NCBI RefSeq assembly: GCF_000002075.1
Contig: NW_004798004.1
Coordinates: 53,776-117,775, forward strand
DNA length: 64,000 nt
Direction: 5' to 3'
From: Aplysia californica
Taxonomy: Eukaryota
A program made the translations under genes and the position numbers. The notes under the pieces were generated by a model, which did no database searches, was not told the origin of the DNA, and saw nothing but the letters and a program-made list of their open reading frames with translations. This document shows, in pieces, positions 26,178-35,990 of the stretch. How positions within the stretch are numbered: position 1 is the first letter of the stretch; each line of letters begins with the position of its first letter.

Positions 26178-26314
26178 GTTATCCTAGACACGAGACACCA
26201 CAACAATGTGCTGGTGAGATCTATGCTGAAGGAAGACGTCACAAAGTTTGGGATCAACAGCTTCCCAAGTCTGTACAGAGTCAATCCAGACTCTACCTAC
26301 ACTCTGGTGGCCAT
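26178..26314 (+). CDS. QSOX: QSOX exon 5 (VILDTR...KFGINSFPSLY...)
   Basis: Trx2 VILD and KFG...FPS motifs; ttcag / gtaag. Confidence 0.92.
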
Positions 26315-27324
26315 GTAAGTAGATGATGTCCTCTGGAAAATTCCTTATTTTCCTGGCTTCTTTTAACTTCAGATGAGTTTTTGCTTGGCAATTGATAGAG
26401 ATGAAATGCATGATTTATTTACTTACTTACTTGGTTGGAGAATAGGTAACATTGCAGGCGGCACAATGCCATAGCTGCTCCTCCCTCCTCGCCAGGATCC
26501 ATGAAAGGGTCTGCTTGCTGTTAGTGCCAGTTATCAGTTGGTATGGAATGCATGAATGATAGTGTGACAGGATGTGACTCTGTATGTCTCGGTGGGGGGT
26601 GTAGAGATAGTAGATGGGTGGAACTGGCTGATCATGGGAGCTCCTGGGAAGTCTTATGAGCCATCTGTTCGAGGGGATACATGATCATGAACTATTTAAA
26701 GATATAATGGACACATGTGTGTGGTCAATGGCAGACCAAACGTGGATGTTGCGGCACATTTCGAACACTCATACACAAGTTAGAAATTGGAATTTGCATT
26801 ATATTTCATAGTATTAGTATGTGTGTTGTTGTCTGTCTTTTTAGATTTCAGAAGAAAAATAGAATTTAAAAAGTCTGGGTAAATAAACGAAGTTATTCTT
26901 TTTTTTTATAAGAGCCTGAAAACAATGCGGGTCTTCAAGCATTGTAAAAGGACCAGAATGAGTGTCCTCAATGAGTGAAAAAGTATTGTGACTTCATGTA
27001 TTCGTATTTTGTATACGTTTTTGAAAGTATATGTAGGTACATATTAACATAACTGATGTTAACTTTTAGGTTCATGGATTGTACTCATCTGTTTTTAAAA
27101 TTTGATTGACAGAATTTATGAAGGTTTGAAAATATCTGTTTATTATCTGTTTATAAGAAACCAGTAAAGGTATTCTGAGAAGGGTTAAGAATTAAATAAT
27201 TTTGTTAATAAATTTGTACTACAGAACAAAAATTACAGTATTTCATCCACCTGAGTCCACTGGTGTTTGTTGGAATTCAACATAAAAATTGTGAGTACAT
27301 CTCCCTCCTTCATTTAATGCACAG

Positions 27325-27519
27325 AGGTAAGAATATGGCTGAAAACGACCGGGTCTTCTTTACGAACCTGGTCAAGGCCATGGCAAGAGGTCAGGAGGAC
27401 AAGATCATGCCGAGGGTCAACAAGCAGAACAAGTTCAAGGTCGTTGAGCCAGGTGTCAAGCTGAAGTCAGAGGTGGCTGCGGGGAATGTGGCGGTCACTG
27501 GGAAGCCAAAACTTACCAG
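27325..27519 (+). CDS. QSOX: QSOX exon 6 (linker, GKNMAENDRVFF...KPKLT)
   Basis: Open, GC-richer segment; acag / gtact; phases 2/2 fit both neighbours. Confidence 0.82.
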
Positions 27520-27549
27520 GTACTATCTGTAGATGCGTCATGGTATCTG

Positions 27550-27890
27550 ATAATAATAATAGATAGCATTTGTATAACCCAAATTCCCACTCAGCAGCAA
27601 GCTCTACGGGCTTTAACAATCTATACGATTACCCCTGCATACCTGACAGCGTACTGAAACAATCCCAATTTCCCAGGAAGCATACAGTGCAAGCTGCCAT
27701 TTTATAGATGCTAAAACACTAACCTTTCGCTGGCTATAGCTGAGTACCCATTCCCAGCTGGGTGAAATGAGGAAAATTTGTGTAAAGTACCTTGCCCAAA
27801 CACACAATGTCAGGCCTGCAGCTCAAACCCCTGAACCGGCAACCTCAAGATTACGAGTCCGGAGTAGCCTAACTACTCGACTGCCGACAC
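27550..27890 (-). mobile_element. tRNA/CORE-type SINE
   Basis: Reverse CORE-like gtaaagtaccttgcccaaacacac; head shared with 55250-55365; 3' half shared with 25910-26070; (ATT)n tail. Confidence 0.7.
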
Positions 27891-27900
27891 CACATCTACT

Positions 27901-28142
27901 CTGCCGTAAGCTGACAAAACGCCTTTTTTTTTTCATTTTGACGCCAACATTTTTTATTTGCTACATCGAAAGCCTGATCAGTGACATATTTTGTGTGAAA
28001 AAAATCGAATTGAAGCTGTGACTAGTTTTTTTATAAATACAAATTAAATATCGGAATGACTCTATTTTCTAATGATTATGCTGGAAAAAAAAAACTCCTT
28101 TTCTCGAAACTTCTCTGAAGGCGTTTTGTCAGCTTACGGCAG
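27901..28142. mobile_element. MITE with perfect 25-bp TIRs
   Basis: ctgccgtaagctgacaaaacgcctt ... aaggcgttttgtcagcttacggcag. Confidence 0.85.
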
Positions 28143-28288
28143 TAAATACTATCTATGTGATTTGTTAACTGCAGTCAAACCTGTAGTCTGAGATGGTTCC
28201 CCATTGTCGAGGAGAAAAGTGGTCATCTTAGACAGGTGGTCCTCTCTGACAATGTCGTTATAATGTAGAATAAATAATAGTGGGAAGT

Positions 28289-28469
28289 GTGGGTGGTTGG
28301 TGGATGCTCTGGTGTGGTTTGCTCATTCTTTTCTATAAAAAATCTATCGTCCTGATCTCTCGTCCTTCTTTCCTGTGTTTGTAAGTCTCTTATAATACCT
28401 CTAATCTTCGGCTCTTATATGACCTTTTTGAGTTGCAAGTGCTGTAAAACACTTACTAAAACAAAAAAA
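28289..28469 (+). mobile_element. Family A short retroposon nested in a pogo-like MITE
   Basis: TSD tgggaagt; interrupts the MITE at 28172-28533. Confidence 0.88.
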
Positions 28470-28756
28470 TGGGAAGTCCTTTTTTGTTCTGGTAACTGTA
28501 TTGGACAGGCAGTCGTTAGATCTGGTTTGACTGTACGTTCATAGAAACGTTTTGTGACTATAGAGGCAATGAATACAGCTCATCCAGGACGTTGTGGCTA
28601 CTGATAACATTGACCTAGAAAAACCAAATAGATTATATTTGGTAAAGATTGGTTGCTTTTTGTTACTGTTTTTATTTGTTTGTTTGTTTAGGGTGGGGTT
28701 TTTTTGGAGGGGGGAGTGGGGGGTGTTCTATAAGGATTGACCCAGGTTTTTGTTGT

Positions 28757-28886
28757 TAACATCTATCGTCTTTATCTCCTCTCTTTCTTTTTTTTTGTTT
28801 GTTACTCCCTTGTAACACCTCTAATCTTCTGCACTTATATGACCTTATTGTGTTGCAAGTACCATAAAACTCTTACGAAAAAAAAA
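28757..28886 (+). mobile_element. Family A, 5'-truncated
   Basis: aacatctatcgtc...gcaagtaccataaaactcttac. Confidence 0.85.
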
Positions 28887-29144
28887 TGATCCAGTTCTGT
28901 GAGAGTTATCCCCCCCCCAGTAATTTGTGCTTACAGTTGTTTTAAGGCTGTAATGGCCAGTCATGAAGCATGTCAAGTCCCCCAATGGCTGTACTCTTTG
29001 CTTATCCCTTTTAGCCATGGATCCGCAAGCCTACAGGAGTTGTGCACCAGAGCTGCCTCGGGTCAACTGCTAGATTTACAGAATTGTCTAACTAAAAAGA
29101 GTGTATTGCCTGAAGGTTTTACTGTTTCAGAAATATTATGAAAG

Positions 29145-29315
29145 GTTGTGGTTGGCAGGTGCTCTGGTGTGGTTTGCTCCTTTTTTACTATCAAATGTCT
29201 GTAGTCTTTAACTTTCCTCCTTCTTTTGTAATATATGTTACTGTCTTGTAACAACTCTAATCTTCCGCTCTCAAATGATGTTATTATGTTGCAAATGCCA
29301 TTAAACTCTTACTAA
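29145..29315 (+). mobile_element. Family A short retroposon
   Basis: Diverged full-length copy. Confidence 0.85.
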
Positions 29316-29440
29316 TTCTTAAATTTTTTCGAAAGTGACATTCATTATATATATATTTGAATATCTGTATTGTTCTTGTAACCAAGTGTGACTGCAACTT
29401 GTCTTTCTCTTCCCCCCCTTTCCCACACTGTCTCCCTCAG

Positions 29441-29570
29441 TTCTGTGGTGAGCATGCAAGACTTGGAGTCTGCCCTTCACTACAGCTTCAGGCAAGAGGT
29501 GGCCATATGCCGGGTGATTGATGGGGAAAAACTGGTGGCTCTTAAGGACTTTGTGCACACTCTTCTCAAG
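29441..29570 (+). CDS. QSOX: QSOX exon 7 (SVVSMQDLESALHYSFRQEVA...ALKDFVHTLLK)
   Basis: DLESALHY..R.EV helix-rich-region signature; ctcag / gtatg. Confidence 0.95.
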
Positions 29571-30151
29571 GTATGGATGTGTGTTTGTGTGTGTGTGAAT
29601 GCTTGTGGGTGTGGGTATTTATACATTCGTGTGTGAGTGTGTATGTGGTTATTATATGTGTGGGTGTGTATATGCACACGCATGTGAGATGGATAGATAG
29701 AGAGAAAGGGTGCTCAAGTGTGTGAAAGAGACACAGAGAGAGACAGACAGACAGAAAGACATGTTAGCATGTTTGAGTCAAAGGGGAATACATGAATACA
29801 ACAATGGTCTTTTTTAAATACAAGGCAATAAAAAACAAGGCCCAAAATCAGGATAGAAACTAAAGAAATTCAGAAAGTGGAACCCTTTGACAAAGTCCAG
29901 TAGCAAGAGAGAATGTTTAGAAGGAAAAAAAGCAGAGATTTTTGTTTGAAACAATGCCGCCATGAAACCGTTAGTACAAAAGAACAGGGGAAAGAGTGCT
30001 TCTGATTTATAATATTAAAACTCAATTTAGTGGAACAAAATTGAAGAGATGGTGAGCCGCTTGTTCTTTAGGGTTAGGACAGCGATGCAATACTCAATAC
30101 TGTAAAGAAAAATGTTTTATTATGTTGATAATCATTCTCTGGGCATTTCAG

Positions 30152-30271
30152 TATTTCCCCGGCCGCCCACAAATCCAAGGCTTTCTGAAAAAAACCTACG
30201 ACATGCTGATCAGCTTGCCTTCTGATGACCTGAGTGGAGAGGAATGGATGGACAAGATTGATCGACTTCAG
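30152..30271 (+). CDS. QSOX: QSOX exon 8 (YFPGRPQIQGFL...DRLQ)
   Basis: YFPGRP motif; ttcag / gtggg. Confidence 0.93.
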
Positions 30272-31317
30272 GTGGGTGTGGCGCTCACATTTATGGCTTC
30301 TCTCCCTCTTTCTCTCTCTCCCTTCTGGCACTGTGGCGTCATAAGTGGTCAGCGATGCTGACAGCACGCAGGAACTCAACACTCGCCCGGGGGTACTTAA
30401 AAAGTTCTGAACGTGGGTCACTCAAATGTCTCAGTAGATGTGTTGTGGCACAATTGTTGGCGGGACATTTAGGAACATGTTGTCCATTGTCTCGTCTTCC
30501 TCCTTGCAGGCTCAACAGGACGGTTCTGGGTTTTCCGCTGGTGCAATTTTGTGTAGATTTCATTTTAGCTTGTGCGATTTTTCCACCAGTTTTCATTTGG
30601 GAGAGAAGCTGGCGGTCTTTGCATCTGAGCGAGGCCTCAATCTGGTATGATGGCGGCTAGGTAAACAGCTCATTTATGATTGCTGACCGGCATCAGTGAT
30701 GTAGTGGTTGGGCTCTTTGCCGTAGCTTACAGAAGATCCGAGTTCAATTTCTGTTAGGGGAGAATTTTTATGGAGTGCATGTATCTCGTTTATTTTCTAT
30801 TGGGACATTAGGTACCCCTCAGCTTGGGTTGGCCCTCGGTCTCTTCCTACCACTCCTGCTGTTTTGAAACCACATTTTTGTGAAATATTTATTAGAGGCG
30901 TGTAGTATGTAGTAGTTACAAAGGAAGATATCCGAAAGAAAAGAAAATGTTGCAAGACAATGACATGAAAAGATTGATCAAATGTAAATGTTTTCCACCC
31001 CAACTGACACAATTTTGATCATTTTAAATTTTGATTGGTTCAACCCTCCTTATCATAACCGACCCAAGCTGTGTGGCGTAAGGGTAAGTTCTTCCTAGAA
31101 TAAGGGTGGAGAATCTTGGAACAGCACTGTAGCACTGTCTCTTCACCAGACACAAAAGCTATATTTTTTTTATGCAATGCAAAAATAATGTAAGCATTGC
31201 ACCAAAGACATGGCAATATGAGAAGGTGAAAGCTAAAATAGAAGTACAGCTGTTTTCATTCGATTTTTCTTTTCATCACTGAGTCTCTGTTCCCTTTTTT
31301 TCTCCCCTACCTGACAG

Positions 31318-31459
31318 GACTCGAACAACTACCTTCCAGAAGTGGTCAAGTGGGAGTCATGTGTCGGGAGCCACCCCCGTTACCGTGGTTACCCATGCAG
31401 CATGTGGACACTGTTCCACACTCTGACTGTCGGCGACTACAAACAAAACAGTCATGCCC
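31318..31459 (+). CDS. QSOX: QSOX exon 9 ([38 protein letters not shown]...)
   Basis: W..C.GS....RG.PC..W.LFH.LTV, start of the Erv/ALR domain; gacag / gtgag. Confidence 0.96.
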
Positions 31460-31566
31460 GTGAGTGACTTGTGGTTTTTTTAATGTGTGGTCTTTGTTTC
31501 TCCTGTTACACCTACTTCTTTACTTTCCCTCTGTTGTTTCTGTTGTCTATCTGTCTTACTTTTTCC

Positions 31567-31742
31567 GTGGGTGGTTGGAGGGTGCTCTGGTGTGGTTTGC
31601 TCCTTCTTTCCTATCAAACATGTCGTCCTTATCTCTCCTCCTCCTTTTTTTGTGTTTGTTACTCTCTTGTAACACCTCTAATCTTCGGCACTTATATGAC
31701 CTTATTTTGTTGCAAGTGCCATAAAACTCTTACTAAAACAAA
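31567..31742 (+). mobile_element. Family A short retroposon nested in a related family-B element
   Basis: Near-consensus; TSD ttactttttcc/ttacttttttcc. Confidence 0.9.
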
Positions 31743-31847
31743 TTACTTTTTTCCAGCGTTAAATGACAATTATTGTGTTGATGTGCTTCTCGTTGCTCAA
31801 AAACTCCACAAGATATCTTCATGTGTTGTCAGCTCACTGCATGACTA

Positions 31848-32029
31848 GTGGGTGGTTGGCAGTAGATATCCGGTCTGCTTCTTCTTTCTTATCAAACGTC
31901 TATCGTCTTTATATTTCCTTCTTCTTTTTGTGTACGTTAATTTTGTAACACCTAAAATCTTCAACACTTATGTTGCCTTATTGTGTTGCAAGGACCACCG
32001 TAAAACTTTCACTAAAACTAAACTAAAAA
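31848..32029 (+). mobile_element. Family A short retroposon
   Basis: TSD gcatgact. Confidence 0.85.
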
Positions 32030-32141
32030 GCATGACTGTAAGCAGAATATTGGAAAGGACTTCTGTCAGATTTCTTGGCAAGAGAGGTAGGAAATAGTGT
32101 CCAATCAATTTGGTTTGGTTTGATTTGCGTTCTCAGAGTTT

Positions 32142-32229
32142 AAACAAACTCTAAACTGTACGAACTATCAAAAAACTTTGTAAAAATTCATCTTTAATTT
32201 TTTGTTTTCAGGAGCTCGGGTTAATGCCT
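32142..32229 (+). repeat. 88-bp direct duplicate of the QSOX last-exon acceptor region (32700-32787)
   Basis: aaacaaactctaaactgtacg...tttgttttcag|gagctcgggttaatgcct is identical at both sites. Confidence 0.95.
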
Positions 32230-32769
32230 TACGGAACTGAGAATCTATATTCTCAAATTTGATCTAGTGACCACATCAAGGCGTATGCCTGACAGGAAAT
32301 ATTTCAGAAGAAAAGAAGAAAATTTGGACTCTTCTCTGGGGCTCAAACCCTGATCTTTCAAGTATCAGTAAAGTGGTAGTGACATTTGGAGGCTGAAAAT
32401 GCTGGATTTGAAGGTTAAATGCTCAACCCTAAATTGTAAAATTGGATAAAAATTAAAGTCTTTTTTCAATTGTCTTGAAAATTCTTTATGATTATTAAAC
32501 AACAATGAAAATTTCTTCATATTCATGATATCAGTGATGATAATAATGGGTCCTATATAAAGCTTTGTTTTTTAGAGTAGATAACCAGTCACACAAATGT
32601 TGGCCCCGAGTTTTATCGACCATGCCAGTTATATTGTATCCACAGACTTTGTTGTTATATTGGAAGAGGATACTGTCAGCCATAATTTGTAGTTTTTTAA
32701 AACAAACTCTAAACTGTACGAACTATCAAAAAACTTTGTAAAAATTCATCTTTAATTTTTTGTTTTCAG

Positions 32770-33557
32770 GAGCTCGGGTTAATGCCTCGGAAGTGCTTGT
32801 GAGCATCCGAGGCTACATGAAGTATTTCTTCGGCTGTGAAGAATGTTCCAAGAACTTTCTCAGCATGGCGGAGACTGTGGAGGGGGACGTCCAGTCAAGC
32901 AGAGACTCGGTCCTCTGGTTGTGGAGCGCTCATAACAAAGCCAACAAACGACTTCATAACGACATCTCAGAGGACCCTCAGCACCTCAAGATACAGTTCC
33001 CTTCTCCTGCCTTGTGCCCCGCTTGTCACAAATCGGTTGTGGCAGATGATGGGAAACCGACATGGGATGCAGATGCTGTATTAGAGTTCCTGACCAAGTT
33101 TTATGGAGAGAGCAGTATTGTGATTCCAGAGGGCTTGAATGATGCAGAGTCGGGGAAAAGTTTGAAGGTGGAGGGAAGCGAGAAGGTTGCAGATTTGTCC
33201 CATCAGGATCGGGAGCTGGACTGGTGGGAGAAGAAGCAGAGAGAGCAAGACCTCAAACAGATCCAACGATTGCGGAAGAAAAAACAGGAAAAGAAAAGCG
33301 GCTTGTCTGCACAAGGAGGCTTGGTGAAGAGAAGTCAGGAGGAGGATGGTGTGATTGTGTACAAGCAAGACGGAAACGTTGGCCACCCACAGAGCCGCGT
33401 GTCGGCTCTTTTGGGGGTGACCCAGCTTGATATGAGCATGTGTGTCGTGTTTTATGTGGTCAGCACACTCATCATCCTCATCCTTTATCATCACTTCATA
33501 GTCAGACGGCACATGAAGCCCTGCAAATCTATACGTGCCACTGCTCTGTCTCTTTAA
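32770..33557 (+). CDS. QSOX: QSOX last exon (Erv/ALR FAD domain, CEEC and CPAC, C-terminal TM helix)
   Basis: YFFGCEECSKNF, LWLWSAHNKANKRL, EDPQHLKIQFPSPALCPAC, TM segment CVVFYVVSTLIILILY; spliced CDS 2133 nt = 710 aa. Confidence 0.97.
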
Positions 33558-35836
33558 GTGTACATTTTTAATTTCTCACACAGCCTCTTAGATAAGACTA
33601 ATGTTAAAGACTGTATGTTGCCTATAAAGTCCCCCACCCTACTCCACCACACCACATCGCCTATCAGAAATGTCAAATTTAGTGCCTAAATGCTTTGGGA
33701 ATTTTTAGTTGCTACTTTTCTGGATATTTTCAGAATTGTCAAGGTCCTGTTTCACCTGATCTGTTGGGGTTTTTTTTACATAAGGGGATGTCCTTGTTGA
33801 ATGTAATGCTTGTTTGTCTTCTAGTGCAGATGTCTTTTTTCTTCTTTTTTTTTGGGGGGGGGGGGTGTTTATTGTTGTTTTTGGGGGGGTAGGTGGTTAT
33901 ATTACCTCTGGGCCCATCGTCCAGTCAGGGGACCATGAGTTCTTCATTCTTTGTGATCTTTTTTATGTCCAATTCTAATATTGTGTTAAATTTCCACACA
34001 CACACACACGCAAAAAAAAAAGAAACCCCCACAAGGGTTGTCATATGTTCAGCTGGTGTCATGCTGGACTTTGGTGCAGATGACCTTGATGATGCAAATA
34101 CCTGATGGGTGTGTTTTGAACTTAAGTTGTTTCAGAAGTTTTCATGGCTCTATGCTAACTTGCCTTACTCTTAGCCTTAGTCCTGTTGGAGATTGGCATT
34201 ATTTTCTGGCGTCACACTTCTTAAATAATCTTTAATTTTGAAATGGATGTTGATCCCATCTAATTAGGCCTACCAGCTGACCAAAAAAAGACCACAAAAT
34301 AAAAACCAACAGAAAACAAGCTCAAAGTATATATATAATATCTCTGCATTTCATGAAGACTGTAGAGTCTGAGTCTGAGGCCTGAATGTCGTGTCTGTTG
34401 GCTGCTAAGCTTGGGACCAGCTTGTTAGGTGTAACCTAAAGGGCAGTTACAAAATGTCCAGCTTATCTCTTGTTGTCTGCTACCTCAGGAGTTTGTCAAA
34501 CCTGACTTTAAAAAATCAGAGACCCAGAGATTTTATGCTTTCAAAACCAATTGAGTGATGTTGTTTTTGAAAAGGACCAGACTTTAGCAGGATATATTAT
34601 TATATGTAAGCTCCTCTAAAACTGTGTGTGCATGGGAGTAAGCTCTATTAAAAATGATGTTCATTATATATAGAATGTCCTTGAATTTTATATGTTGCAG
34701 GCATTTTTGGGAAGGCTGAGTGACTGGCTCCGTTAACCTTTGTTTCATATCTCTCAATCTGTCAAGTGGCTCAGCAACTGTAGTTTCAGCTGTCTCCTAT
34801 TTTGCTTTTATTTTTAGGACACTGCAACATCGTTTTGCAGGATATGATTAATATGAAGTGAGGATTTTGCTTCTTTTTAAAAAAATTAATGCTATTGAGA
34901 TGGTGAGGACTTGAGATGTAGAGCGCAGTTTCACAACTTGTAGACATTCGTTTTTGGTAATGACAATCATTTTGACTGGATGGTCTTGGAGAAGTGATGT
35001 AAACTAATTTACAGATCACTTTCCAGTCACCAATGTAAGTTACCTCTACTCATTAAATGAGTATGTTTGGATTGTCTCTGCATGGAATGCCAAAGCTACC
35101 TCTGATTTTAATCAGTTAAGAGAAAAAGAATTATACATGAAAATCTTTTCATGGTCTCTATTCATTATCAAGTAGTCTCTGTAAGATTTTTTTTTTAGAA
35201 TTGCAAGAAATCCTTATTTCTTTGCGAAAATGGCTTTGTGCTCAAGGTTCAAGTGATGCCTGTTCCTTTTTGTGAGGTCAGGCTGTTCTCTACACACCCT
35301 GTGTGTAATTTTATCATCCATCTAAAAAAGAAATTGATGGAAATGTCTTACTTGAAATGTTGTATCTAATGGCATTGTATACTTTTACTTCAACATGCAT
35401 AACGTCTTTTTAATATGTCTAGTCAGTATCCTGCTCACAGCTTTGCAAATAATTTGCTTATATTGAAATAGTTGGGGGGTTTTTCTCTCTGTCTGCGTTA
35501 TTTGGTGTTCAGTTTCGTAAGCTTCCCTGCTGTTTCTGCACTATTTTTTTTTCTGTTTTTGTGAGGTATATATATATGTAATGGGGTATAATTTTGTGTA
35601 TTTGCAAGTTTGTGTTTGTGTGTAGCATATGTTTTCCCTTTTGTGAACCTTATTTGTTGAGCCAAGCTCATTTTGAGCTGTAATGGTACGACAGTCCTAC
35701 ACCAAAGATGTTGTTATAACTCATTATGAATAAGTTTGTACTGATGCATGGATGGATAGGTTTTATAGAGGACATGACAGTCCCATTTCACTGCAATCAA
35801 ACAACTGAAAGAGAGAGAAGCATCTGACTTAGAAAG

Positions 35837-35990
35837 CGGGTGGTAGGCGGGGCCTATCAAACATCTATCGTCCTTATCTCTCCTCCTTCTTTTTTTGTGT
35901 TTGTTACTCTCTTGTAACATCTCTAATCTTTCTGGACTTATATTATGAATTGATTGTGTTGTTGCAAGTACCAAAAAACTTTGACTTAGA
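35837..35990 (+). mobile_element. Family A with internal deletion, downstream of the QSOX stop
   Basis: gggtggtaggcggg...cctatcaaacatctatcg...gttgcaagtacc. Confidence 0.82.

Noticed and set aside
31567-31742. Hammerhead or HDV ribozyme within family A
   Set aside because: No CUGANGA/GAAA core or nested double-pseudoknot pairing is visible; an Infernal search would be needed to exclude it formally.
33081-33512. 143-aa antisense ORF
   Set aside because: Shadow of the QSOX last exon, with no independent motifs.
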